Assembly: GCA_028534125.1 (NCBI GenBank)
Contig: CM052818.1
Span: 38,008,001 to 38,072,000 of the forward strand
Source: Lama glama
Lineage: Eukaryota
Direction: 5' to 3'
Length of the DNA: 64,000 nucleotides
In this document: positions 51,710 to 64,000 of the stretch, in pieces
How positions within the stretch are numbered: position 1 is the first letter of the stretch
Layout: each line of letters starts with the position of its first letter
Translations under genes and position numbers: made by a program
Notes under the pieces: generated by a model
The model's database searches: none
Told to the model about the DNA's origin: nothing
The model's input: the letters and a program-made list of their open reading frames with translations, nothing else

Positions 51710-54314
51710 AAGATACTAGTAAGGATGTAGAACATTTAAGGTTGTCTAGGGTGCTCCCAAAAAGCGACCAGGGAAGCCAGAGAAGGGGGTATTGTCAGAC
51801 AATTGGTATGGTAATAGTAAACTGAAAAAACACGTGAAGATTTGTAAGTGTTTTATTCAATTTGCTTTATTCAAGATTTCTATAAAGAGTTCTGGTGGAA
51901 ACCTCACTGAAAAAAGTCATTTGGTGTCAGATGCATGAATAATACCAGTGTTTACAAATATCCTGTATATGGTCAGTAAACATCACTCTATTGAGTGAGT
52001 TTAGCAGAAACGAAGACAACCTGTTTCTTTGGTGAACAGATCCCCATTATGTGTGCAGCAGGCTGGTGCATCTGGGATGTTGGCTTCCCTTCTGACAGAC
52101 ACCTCTAGAATGATGTCCTTATGGTCTACATTGTGACCTTATCTCTCCTTTCTCCCACCTCCAATGTGATCAGCCTGCTTTACTCACATAACCACGTACC
52201 AAGGAACAGAGCAAGGGCAAGTGCAGAGGGGACCATCTCTGGAAGGTAGGATTGGCAAGAGGTAGTACACTTGCATATGGACAAAAAATGGCAAGTTTTT
52301 CATGAAAAATCTGCATGAATCTGTAGAATTATTTCTTCCTAATATGGATTGAGAATCACAAAACATCGGAGGATTTTCAGAGTGACAGAAAATTAGGTTG
52401 CTTGAATTTTGGTTAAGATTCTCAAACAGAATGGATATATTATGGTGGATTCACAGGGTGGTAAATGGCTTATTTCGCACCTTCCAATCACCATTAACTC
52501 TATACTCTATCTCTACAGGGTATACCTTCCTGAGATCCAAGACCTCTAACAGCTTACCAATACTACAACAATATTAGGAGAAAAAAAGATCACTTATTTA
52601 CTTAAAACAAGTTGAAGAAATGTTCTCTGTTGTCATATTTCCTCCAAAGCAAAAGTTGGCATTATTATTTTTTTTTCTCTTGGATTTAGAGGCATTTAGA
52701 ATTAAACTCAAAATTGCTTTCAGGAAACACAAGCTTGAATTCAAAGACACTGCCTCTAATTCTGTTAAACGCGACCTTGTGAGCATCTGCGAACTTCCGC
52801 AAACAACTGTACCTAAAATCTCCCAAATCCAGTGTGCTTCTTCAGAGATAAAGGACACTCCACATCCTATAATCCTAGGAAAACACTTAAGAGCGAAAGG
52901 GCATCACCCAAAGCTAGGCTGGCCATGGTTGGATTGTCCCCCTAAATTAGTATTCACAAGGGTCCCTCTGACAAATGGAGTTATTATCCACAGATGCTAA
53001 AAACATAAATCAAGAGGGTGCCATCAATAATGTTGTATTCTCTTTGTCCGCAATGTGTTTACAGATCTCGCTTTGAACAGCACATAAACACTTAGAGCAT
53101 ATTGTGGGAAACATGCCACTCATCTTATTAGCTTTCTCTGGCTCCAAGCTCTGACGCTGATCATCCCCTGACAGTGTTTGCCAACAACAAAAGCAGCCTA
53201 TTGATCACAATGCTTCTCCCTTTGGCAGCCTCTCTGCCCACGATTACCTTGCATCACTTGCCTTAAGTCAAATGTCACAGAACAACTTACAAGGGATGTA
53301 TCTATCTAGTAGAGCAAAATGTATTACTATGAGTTTAATTGGAGGAAAATCCTTTGGTATTATGAATTGTTTACAATTTAAAATGTTATTTCTTGGCATT
53401 AATGAACAGTCCAAATCAGAGCTTACTTTGTAAGCTCCAAATCCATAACATTGTGCTCATTTGCAATTTATTTTCTGAATAGTTTGCAGAATCTCAAATA
53501 TCTTGGAAGCTGACCCATCAATCATTCTCAGTCACTTTATGTATGAACAGTTTTCTCTGCTGGCATTTTCTTTCTAGAACAGAGTATCTCTATTGAAATT
53601 TCCTGGTAATTTTTCATCTGTAACATAGTCTTCATTTGTCTTTCTACTTTGATTCTAGATAGATGCTATGAAAGGATACATTCTCATTTTTTGTTGTTGT
53701 TTTGCTTTGTTTAAATTGAAAAGAGCACTTCACAGATTGAGAATTTGGGATATAACCTGGATGGATATACATCCTCTGTGTGAAAAATTGAAATGCTTTT
53801 GTGGGGTTATTTTCCAGGGGGGAAAAAAACAGCTGCATCAGAATGCCAGAGGGAACAGGTGCTCACATGTAAATGCAGTCATTTCACAACTGGTCTTTTC
53901 AACACTTTATCGTCTACACCTTGTTACCTATAATTTGTAAGGTGTGTATTAGACCCTCCAGAGGGACTGGCTATCTACCTTGATCTAATCAGGAGCGATG
54001 CTACCTCACTGAAGCATATCCTGTGCTTTGGCTGTTAATGTGCACCCTCAAGACAGAGTCTGTTGACATACATTGTGAAGGATGCAGGTCCTCAGCTCTC
54101 TTTACCTAGTTATCTGGTCCTTGTTTCTGTCCTTGGATAAACATTGAATCGTCAACTGCTCTACCTCTTCTACTTTTGCTGACTTGGCTCTACTACTTAG
54201 GTTAATGTTCAATCCAATTACCTACTATTTGAATTCCCTGCCTGACTTTTCCACCTTTCCTTCCAGTCTCTGACCTCTAAGATTCACAATTTTTCTTCTT
54301 TTAAATTGAAAAAA

Positions 54315-55592
54315 ATTTTTTAAATGTATCAAGGTAACATTGGCTTATAACATTATGTAAGTTTTATGTGCAAAACATTATATTTCAACTTTGTATACAT
54401 TGAAGTGTGCTCAACATCAAAAGTTTAGTTTCCAACCATAATTGTACGGTAGAACCCCTTTACCTTTTCACCCACCAACACGCCCCCGATCCCCTCTGGT
54501 AACCTTGACATTGTTCTCTGTATCTATGTGTTTGTTTTCATTGGGTTTGGTTTGTTAACTTATTCTGCTTATTTGTTTTCATATTCTACATTTGAGTGAA
54601 ATCATACAGCTTTTGTCTTTCTATATATGATTTATTTCACTTAAGCATAATACTCTCAAGGTTCATCCATGATGTTGCAAATGGTTAAGTTTTCGTTTTT
54701 ATGGCTGAGTAATATTCCATTGTGTGTCTGTGTGTGTGTATCTCACATCTTTTTTAATCTATTCCTCCATGGATGGGCACTTAGGTTGTTTCCATATCTC
54801 TGCTATTGTAAATAACGCTGTGATGAACATAGGGGGGATATATCTTTTCAAATTAGTGTTTTCATATTCTTTGGATAAATATCCAGAAGTGGAATAGCTG
54901 GGTGGTAGTTCTAGTCTTTATTTTTTGGAGACTCTCCATACTGTTTTTGGTAGCAGCAAATTCACACTCTCAGCACTCTCTGGGGGGCTTCTTTCCTCCA
55001 CATCCTCACTAAGACTTATTAATTCTCACCCTTCTGATAATAGCCATTCTAACAGGCATAAGGTGATAGCTCATTGTGGTTTTGATTTGCATTTCACTAA
55101 TATCCAGTGATGTTTAACTTCTTTTCATGTGCCTGTTGGCCATTTTTAGGTCTTCTTTGGAAAAATGTCTACTCATTCATCTTCTCTGCCTTTTAATCAG
55201 GTTGTTTGTTTTATTGCTGAGTTGTATATGTTATTTATATATTTTGGATATAAACTCTTTTATCAGAAAGGTGTTTTGAAAATATCTTCTCCATTTAGTA
55301 GCTTGTCTTTCAGTTTTGTTGATGGTTTCCTTTGCTGTGCAGAAGCTTTTTAGTTTGATGTAGTTTTATTTATTTTTGCTTGTATTCCTCTTGTTCAAGG
55401 AGACATGCCCAGAAAGATAGTGCTTAGAACTGATGTCATAGAGTGTACTGCTATGTTTTCTTCTAGGAGTTTTGTGGTTTCAGGTCTTATCTTCAAGTCT
55501 TTCATTTATATTGAGTTGATTTTTGTATATGGTAGGAGATAGTGGTCTAGTTTCATTCTTTTGCATGTGATTGTCCAGGTTTCCCAATACAA
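54315..55592 (-). mobile_element. L1 3' UTR and ORF2 C-terminus (laurasiatherian L1MA-related)
   Basis: 'atggctgagtaatattccattgtg', 'ccagaagtggaatagctgg', 'ttgctgtgcagaagctttttagtttgatgtag', 'tttcattcttttgcatgtg'. Confidence 0.92.
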
Positions 55593-56499
55593 CCTCTTCT
55601 CAATCTTATCTGTAGGACCTAAGAAATTGTATGCTTAGCCAACTAATGGCATCCATTGGACAACTATGTGCCACAGCCACCCATCCACCCCCAGGTAATG
55701 CTATCTCTAGGAAAAAATGCATTTAATAGTATCAGACCAAGAGATTTTCAAGCATGGGCTTTGATGACTGAGAACAGGAATGAAAGAGCCTGTATTCCTA
55801 TGTGGCATGTTTAACTAAAAGGCAAAGTCACCCCAAAGTCATAAATATGGCTGAAGTGGAAAGCTTATGGAAGAAATTACTGCATAATCTGCTGAGTACA
55901 AACTGATGGAAACACTTCTTTAAACAAGGATCTCTTGAACTCTCCTGGAAGCTACTGAAACTTCACCCTTTAAACACAAAATAAGTGCACTGGTGTCATT
56001 CAAGAAAAGGCATATTTTTCTAAGTCTCTGTGTCAGTCATTAAGTACCTATTATGTGCTTGACTATTGTCCTCCATTTTCTCATACTCACTGCTCATATT
56101 TTTTTTTTTTTTGATTTTGAACATTTTAAGCAACTTCCCATTAATTTCTCATGGAACTGTCTTCTTTGAGCTCCTTCTCTTCCAAGAAATCCTTTGTAAA
56201 CTATCACATGTCAGCCAGTTTGAATATGAGTAATTTCTCAGCTGGCTTATATGACATGTCTGGTGTGGGCTCCTGAACCACTATGTTTATGTCAGCTTTT
56301 CCTGCCAAAGCCTGGGTCTCTACAGTTCATTGAGTGAATCACTCATTCATTTATTTATTCATTCAGAAAATAATTGAGAGATAAGTATGAGCAGGACCAT
56401 ATACCTGGTCTCTTTTAGTCAGTAACAAAAAATAATCAAGGCTAGCGTAATCCCTAGTATTATCATGGATCTTTTTTCTTTGTCTTTTGCAAACAGTAA

Positions 56500-56705
56500 T
56501 GAGTTAAGCAGCCAGGACTTTAGACCCTGAGGATGGAACAGGATCAAGAGTCTAGCTCCAACCGTGAAAATAATGCACGCTACACTGGCCCCTGCAAAAC
56601 TCGGCTTCTTCATCTACCTCTTTTCTTTTCCTAAGGCTATTCAGTGGATAATTGAAATAATTGCAGAGATACACATTGAAAAGCTCTTTGTAAATCCTGG
56701 GTATT
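56500..56705 (+). mobile_element. MIR fragment
   Basis: 'gttaagcagccaggactttagac', 'tctagctcc', 'tgaaaagctctttgtaaa'. Confidence 0.45.
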
Positions 56706-58094
56706 ATTGTCGCTATAATTAGGCCATGCACGATATATGGAAATCTTGATGAGAGTACTGCTTTTTCAAAAGCTAATTAGCTTGCACAACGGTATGTTTC
56801 CTAGATGTGTTTTCAGAGAATTGTTTTATATTTTCTTTTTGCTCCTGTCCCCAGAGCTAATGAACTGAAGTGTCCTCAGAAGAAAAAAAACACTCAGAAC
56901 CCTGGAGAGTGAAAGACACTGATGAGACTGATGAGGGAACATTTCTCTGAGGCAGCTTGGGGTAAGTTTGTAATCCCTGAGCTGGGGCAAATGGTGACCG
57001 GCGACCGTGCTGCAGGAAGCTGCCAGCTCTCCCGTGATTATGTCAGAGGCAGAGAACTGCCATACCCTGTGGTTTCATCTGCAGAGTGACAGTGGGAATC
57101 TTCGCTGACCAACAAACCCTTCTCATTCCGCTCAAGTGACTTGAAGTCTCACTGACCTTCCAAGGACTCTGCACCCACATAGCATTCACACGATTTAAGT
57201 TACTATTTGTTTAATATATCTGTCTCCTCCACTAGACCAGACTCTCATTTTATAATCTCTATGCCCAGTTGGAAAAAGGAATAGGAACATATGTCACTTG
57301 TTCTTAAGTTACTGGTCATTGAACTTTCTGGATCTCAGACCCTATGAGTCTATTAAATTCCTCCCAAATGAAATCCCCAGATATACAAGAGTTTTTCATG
57401 TATACATGTATATATAAAGTTTCAGGAAATTTAAGGACTCCTTCCACTCCTCAAAACACAAGCACTTACTCCAGAAAAATCCTTGCATTATTTCTGCTCC
57501 CCTGCCCCCAAATCCTCTTGAGATTCTGGCATGAGCTGACCAGTGAAGGCAACCATGGTTCTGCATCTGAGTTTTGGTAAGGTACAGCAAAGTCCAGCTG
57601 TTAAGCCCTTTGGAAAGTGATCAGCAGTGTCTTCAGACAGTAGACAGCCACTTCTGAAACTCACAAGAGAAGAACACATGCGCTGCTCCATCACACAGGG
57701 CCACCACATGAACCCCTCAGATGTATGCAGACAAATGCTGAGAGGGCAAAGACTAGAATTCTTAACTCAGTTAAAATCATTTCTACAGGAAATTCTCTTT
57801 CGTGGTTTGAATCCCTGTTTGGCCACGGCCACTAGCAAAGCACCTGTCATAGAATTCTCCACGATACATGTGGAATGCTTCTCAACTGATAGTGAGGGTG
57901 GGGGATAACGTCACAATTACTCAGGAGGCTTTTATTAAAGCACACACACTCCACTTCCCTCTCCCAGAAGGCGGACACATGCAAGGAACAGGGGCTACTG
58001 GATTGAAAGACATGACTTCCTGCGGCTGAGGAATCCAGTGCCACTTCTCCAGATGGATAAGCATTTATAACTGAAATAATTTCATGAATTTAAA

Positions 58095-58300
58095 AAGAAA
58101 TTTATTGAGAATGTAATATATGCAAGGCATTATGCTAAGCTCTTTATTTGTATTATCATGTTTAATAGTCAAAATAATCCTATAACAATAGATACAACGA
58201 TTTCTGTAGTTTGCAAATGAGGAAATAGAGGCATAAAGTTCCCCCAGTGAGTGGCAAACCCAGACCTTCTGACTCCAGAGAGTGTGTTTGGAATCCCCTT
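58095..58300 (-). mobile_element. MIR
   Basis: atttattgagaatg...tgcaaggcattatgctaagctcttta...caaatgaggaaatagaggcat...tctgactccagag. Confidence 0.8.
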
Positions 58301-58799
58301 ACTACTTGCTTCCTTGGATAATTATGACATCTCTACCCCCATCCTCAGTCAGGCAAAAACCACTACGATAAGACTCTAGCCGGGAAGGCAGCAATGCATT
58401 CAACCGTCCCCATGAAGCAGCCCCGTCTTCTGAATCCCCCAATTATCTTTCACCCTCCCTATCCCCTCTGCCATTTCCCCTAACTTTGCCCATGATGAGA
58501 AAACACAGATCCTCATTAAAGTCCATCTCTCCATCCTATTGGCACAAATTAAAACTAGCAGTGGCCCGTGCAGTGAACTCAGTGGGATCCCAGCTAATCA
58601 TTTTTGTAAATTGAAAGATAGATTTTTTTTTTCTTCATAGGCACCATCTGTACCTTCAGGACATTCTTGTTAACACTTTCTCTCCTGGGCCATGCTTCTC
58701 CATTGAAAAGAACTGGAAGCAGAGGTCTCCGTGTTCCCCATTTATCTGACCTCCAAGATTTTTCCAAAGGGCTTCAGGCAGCCAGCAACTTCTTTGGCC

Positions 58800-59260
58800 A
58801 TTATAGCAAAGTGGTGAAGCCTGTAAGGGATGTGCTACTATTTCCATATTATGGATGAGACCACAGAGGCTCCGGGACTTGCCAGTGACATGCCCATTCA
58901 CTGAGGAAATGCTGTAGGGTGCTCACTATGTAACAGGCATTATTCTAAGTTCTTCAGATACCATAGTCGGCGAAACAGTGAAAACTCTCTGATGGCATGG
59001 AGAATACATTCTAGTGAAAAACAGGCAAATCGTTACGCCACACTTAACGTTCGTCAGGCACTGTTCTAAGATTATACACAGTAGGAGCTTGCGTGTTTGC
59101 TCAACAGCCTTAAGAGGCAGTTACTGCCATCATCTGTGCTCGACAGTTGAGGAAATCAGGAAGCAGAAAAGTTCAGCACCTTTTCCAGGTCACAGGGCTA
59201 ATAAGAAGCAGAGCTGGCCCTCCAGCCCAGGAGTCTGGCGCCAGACTTTATGTTTACAAC
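58800..59260 (-). mobile_element. MIR/L2/MIR fragment cluster
   Basis: 'ggatgagaccacagaggctc', 'gtgctcactatgtaacaggcattattctaag', 'caggcactgttctaag...acagttgaggaaatcagg...aggtcacagggctaataag'. Confidence 0.7.
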
Positions 59261-60629
59261 CACCGGTGGAGAGCCATCCAGGACATACCCTGTGGCCCAG
59301 AGTGCATTCAGAGAGCTGTTCAGTCCAAGCAAGCATATGCAGGTTCTCTGTCTGAAGTCTCTCTCTGCAGCCAAGGACATCACTGCTCAATCCTGAGTGC
59401 TAAAGAATTCACCTGTCCAGAAGCAACCCCTAGTTAAAGAGGGATGTGAATGAATGTACCCCTGCCCCTTGGCCAGACAGTGCAGAATTGCATTCTAGGG
59501 GTTTCTCAGAGGAGCCTCTGGGAGACTGAGCCCTCAGGGGAAACCTGCTCCTTAGCATGCTCTTTACTGCTGTTCCTCCCTTCCCTGTTATCTCCACCCC
59601 TCCCTCACCCATGTTTCCTGAGATCTAAGCATCTGCTTTTGAGGGAACACTATCTAAGACAGTGTGGGAGAGATTCTTGGTTAAGGACACTGCCATCTCT
59701 TCTGGAAAAATAAGGAAAGAAGTCCTTGCGAGTAGCACGCATTCACTTTTTGTTTAACTTGTGTCCTTATTACATACTGACTCTGGCTGATTAAACAGCC
59801 AAATGTCAATCTAGTTGCTGGTGGCACTGGGCTTGGTGTTGTCAGCAAGCAGTGAAAGAAATGTCAGCCCCAGGGTCTGTCCGGGGGAGGTTTACAATCT
59901 GCAGGGAGCCAAGGGTGACTCCTGTGATGCAATCAGACAATAAAAGAAGACAGTGCATAATCAGGTATGAGTCTGAAAGACAGCTGTTCTGCCTGCTTGA
60001 AGACTTGAGAGACAGTGGGGAGGGGCAGAGGCACTAAATAATGCAGGTGCCTCCAGATGTGCCATGATGGGTTTCCAGTGTCCTGTGGTTCACAAGATGT
60101 AAATTGCCTCTGCTCTTTGGTTTCCATCAACCCAGCCACAGCAAGTCAAGCTCTGCATAAAAGAGCATGGGATCCCGGGAGAAGATTAATGAGACACAAG
60201 TAAGAGTTTCATGTACACTGGGGCTCAAACCCTCCTCCCCCATGAGGTGGCTGGAGCTCTGGCAGGAAGTATTTCCCTCAAGACAGCTTCAAGGGGCAGG
60301 GCCACGCACCATACACAGGCAGCTCAGGGCAGAGCTGAACCTGGGCAAATCCTGAACTTTGCTCATCCCCCATTTCCCAGTAAAGTTGCATGGGATGTGA
60401 ATTGGGTCTTTGACAAGTTGTTGCAAGTGGGATTTATACTGAAAACACAGCAACGAACACGTGGGAAAATATGCATTCAATTTAAGTCCCACGGGCCAAG
60501 AATTGTCATGATTCTGGCTCTGTGGGTAAAAGGAATGCACAGGGCCAGCTATCCAAGCCTGACTCTGATGCCTGAGGTTTTAGGTTAGTTTTAATCTGAG
60601 CGCATCAAGTAATCTCTAGTAAGATTCAG

Positions 60630-60800
60630 GTGCAGAGTGAAGTGCTTCGCATTAGTCTCCTAATCCTGACAACGAATTCATCAAATAATACTATATCCAT
60701 TTCTGCAGTGAGGAAACTGATGCTCAGAATGGTTACACAGCTTAGGAGAGCCGATCAAGATTTCAGACAGTCTCACTCTAGAGCCTTTGGTCCTAAACAC
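60630..60800 (-). mobile_element. MIR
   Basis: gtgaggaaactgatgctcagaatggtta...cagacagtctcactctagagc. Confidence 0.75.
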
Positions 60801-61539
60801 GTTTCTGTCCATATTCAGCAAATATGTAACACTGGACATTTTTGAACGTCTAGGTTTTAGTCACTGTAGGTAGGTGTGTTTCATGTAAAGTGCAAGCTAT
60901 GCATATGTGTATTCGCCTGTTTATCATAATTAATACATTTGGCTAAAAAAAAAGTCACTTTCTCATTGAGGAACTAGCATACTAGTGCTTTTCAAATGCC
61001 TTGTCCAGTGTACGAGATAAAGGTCCAATGTATGAGATAAGGTTGGCCTGCTTCATGTTTGAGATGTGAAAGAATGAAAGGTTTAGAGTTATGCAGTCCT
61101 TTCTTTCCCGGAGCCTTCCCATTTTCACTAACTGTAATACATTGCTCTTATTCAAAGAAATAATATCCATGAGCAAAAGTGTTTGAGCTTCTTCTGTTGC
61201 ATTTCTTATATGATCGCAACAGTGTAGCTCAGGCAGCATTTCCATGTAGCTATTGAACAAGAAAAAGGGGACAATGTTTTGTAAAATTAATGAAGCTTTA
61301 TTTGTGGGTTCAATAAGTTTTCTTTTCTGCTACAGACATCTCTTATAAGTATGTCCATTTATTTGGGACTACCTTTTTAAAAGTCATTTCACATAGATTT
61401 TTCTGTAGCAGTTATGTAAAGTTGGCAGGGCATTATAATGTCCATTTACAGCAGAGAAAATTGAGAGTCAAAGGATTCACAATTTTCCTGAACACTATTC
61501 AGTCAATAATGGGATCAGGACTCTACTCCGAAATGCATG

Positions 61540-61745
61540 TGAGTGTCAGTCAGACACACATTTGCTGAGCACTCACAATGTACCAGACAATGTGTACAGA
61601 TGCGTGAGTTATGGACTTCACACCCAAATTACAGAGGAAAGCACATAAAGAACAATTTTCCAGAGTCACGGGTATCATAATAGAGATGCAAATACAATAT
61701 GCTAAGAATATGGACAAGGGAGAGAGCAACTACATTTAGGGGTGG
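61540..61745 (-). mobile_element. L2 3' fragment
   Basis: catttgctgagcactcacaatgtaccagaca. Confidence 0.65.
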
Positions 61746-62139
61746 GAAATCAGACACATTTCCTCAGGGCTATTTTAGTTAGCCCTGGAAAGGAAGAGAG
61801 TTTGGACAGGTAGAGAAACTTGGGAGAAAGGCTTCTCTGCAGAGAATAGCACACAAGGACGGTAAAGACGTTTGGAAGGCTGTGCGTACCGGAGGATGGC
61901 TGGAGTCCAGAGTCCAAGTCTTCCTGGTGAGAAGTAAAGTGGAAGCGGGGAGGCAAAAAGGTTCCTAGCATCCCTTAAAGGCACGCCGAAGAGTGTGGTC
62001 TCCACTTGACAGGAAGTGGAGAGGGATCACAGTTTCCAAGTGAAGTAGAAATAGTAACTTTTGTGACTCGAGTAGGGAAGGAACTGGAACATGTTGATGG
62101 GGATGTCATGGGGGACTGAGAAAGCATCTGTCTCTGGGG

Positions 62140-62430
62140 ATTATCCTTTGACCCTCCCATTCCCCAGGTGAGGACAGCTGCTTTTCCTCTGTGATCAACA
62201 GAACCTTCTCACGTGCTCGTAACACCACTTAGTATATTGTACTTAACTTTGCCTGGATCTGTATCTGTCTCAATTTGTCTTCCCGCTTCCTCTACCCCAC
62301 AAAAATCAGACTGAACAACTGGAGACAGTAACTGCCATTTTGATGTAGTTAATCTTTATAACCAAGCACTCAGCATATTGACTGGCTCACAGTAAGTGCT
62401 CAACTAAAAGTGTATTGGGTTTCATTGAAT
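62140..62430 (+). mobile_element. L2 3' fragment
   Basis: ccaagcactcagcatattgactggctcacagtaagtgctcaa. Confidence 0.7.
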
Positions 62431-63009
62431 GGAATCGGTAGGAAAGGAGACAAGGACAGAAGAAAATATCAATGTCCTTCAGGCAAAGTGAAAGTAGTTA
62501 AGAAATTTCATGTCTGATGATCATTATTTTCTCAGTGTGATAGGAAGCAAAGTCATGTATTGTGATGGGGAGAAACATAAATTATGTTGATTTCTTTAGG
62601 AAATCAGTAAAGGTTCGGACTTTTAAATTGCGGAGGAAAAAAGTCTAAAGTAGAAATAGGGTGGGACAGAGAAGGTATTTAAAATTGCAATTCATGTCTA
62701 GATGAGAACAGAAAGCATTGTTGTAGAATAGAACATTTAGGGTTGGTTGTAGGACTTGCTGCCACAGAAGAAAGATGGTTTAATGACCTCAGATTGGGAA
62801 TCTACCACACGCTTGAGGATGAAGAAGAAATGAGGATGCTGGAGAAAGAGTGAAATATCATGGATGGACAAGGCAGAAAGGCAAAGGAACGTGGAGTGAG
62901 ATACTCCACTGGGAACCCGCAAGTGATTGACTCTAAAAAATGAAGGGGGTAAAAACCAAGTTCAGTAGCTAAAGCAGAAAGATAGACTTTTAAGACAATT
63001 CTAAAGGTA

Positions 63010-63135
63010 GGAACATGGGAGTCAAATAGACCTCAGTTCTAAGTCCAGCTCCACCACCACATATTAGCTGTGACCTGGCTTGAATTTACTCACCACTTAG
63101 AAACTTGATTTTCACACTAGAAAATAGGTATTGTC
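63010..63135 (+). mobile_element. MIR
   Basis: ggagtcaaatagacctcagttctaagtccagctccaccac...tagctgtgacct. Confidence 0.75.
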
Positions 63136-63319
63136 CCCTGGTTTGGAAACTGAGAAGTTTGCTGCTCTTTCAGCCCAGAGCTGAGAATCAAAGTATCCCA
63201 CAGACTAAGCTTAGAGAACCACCAGAAGTTGAGATCAGCCGCTCCAGGCAAGAGGTGCTCCTAATGGAGCTGAAGAGCACGGCAACTCCAGCGCTCAGTG
63301 ATGCTAGAAGGAAGGCGAC

Positions 63320-63650
63320 CCACATTCTGGTGGGGAGAGGTGACCATGCCCTCCCATAGACACCCTCTGCTTCCCCATCAGATCTTCTCTCCACCCTTCT
63401 CACCCCATTCTAGACCCTGAAATTGTGACTTCTGTGAATTCCAACAGCAGGGCCTCTTGCCCTCTGACTTTTAGGTGGTTTCAGCCAACAGGAAACCAAA
63501 GGGCAACAAAGAGAGAGGTCAAGGTACTTATCCCCTGGTTGGCTTCCTGTTACATCATGAATTGCTAGCAACAATATTTCTAAAGACCAGAGTTCCTGCC
63601 AGGCAAAGCCTCTCGTAGTGACAACTCTCTTTACCCATCCTTGCGGGGTA
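63320..63650 (-). mobile_element. ERVL LTR (LTR33-like)
   Basis: ttctctccacccttctc...cttgccctctgacttttaggtggtttcagccaacaggaa...gaggtcaaggtacttatccc. Confidence 0.65.
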
Positions 63651-64000
63651 AGAAAACTCTAATGAACAATGTTTAATCTTTCTTTTCTGATCAGTTGAGT
63701 ACCTTGCATATTTTAAAAGGTATCATTCCTCACTGCTTGAGGTACAAAAACCATAGAAAAGTTCATAGAAATTTAACTGACATGCTCAATATGTGTGTGA
63801 GGTGTGTGTGTCTGCATGTTGTAGTGCTGTGTTGAACTAAATCGTGAATTTTTGCTGGATTTTTGCTGAAACTTTCTCTTCATCTTAAGAAGGAAATATA
63901 GCTAAAAACAAAAGTTAAACCACTAACTTGAAACAGGTTTCCTTATTTTCAAGTTAACTGAAGTTGACTAAAATACATCTGCTGAAAAAGCAAAATAAGA

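Noticed and set aside
53935..54170. Possible small LTR-like element
   Set aside because: I could not assign a family or find termini or a TSD.
1..64000. CRISPR arrays, operons, rRNA or a novel multi-gene system
   Set aside because: The window is mammalian non-coding DNA with no repeat-spacer array, long intact ORF or rRNA similarity.

Overview
This is AT-rich mammalian genomic DNA with no CpG island, and I found no protein-coding exon that I can support. A tRNA-derived SINE resembling the camelid Vic-1 family and cetartiodactyl-type L1 3' ends suggest camel, alpaca or llama. The window is intergenic or deep intronic and rich in interspersed repeats: L1 copies of several ages, L2, MIR and CR1(L3) fragments, MaLR/ERVL/ERV1 LTRs (including a near-complete MLT1 LTR-int-LTR unit) and two hAT-Charlie elements. 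It also has microsatellites and one 500-N assembly gap. The ORF track is explained by repeat remnants, N-runs and chance. The most notable items are: (1) an old LTR at ~9.0-9.55 kb carrying a decayed apolipoprotein A-IV (APOA4)-like coding fragment; (2) two 5'-inverted (twin-primed) L1 insertions; (3) a CCAAT/TATA/splice-donor arrangement at 15.3-15.5 kb with possible downstream non-coding exons; (4) a six-E-box cluster with an inverted repeat at 50.7 kb; (5) CTCF-like motifs; (6) a MYC-type G-quadruplex beside the gap; (7) a possible ancient RTE LINE relic. I found no convincing undescribed biological system. Repeat subfamily names are from recall of consensus sequences, not from a search, and boundaries are approximate unless target-site duplications (TSDs) are given.
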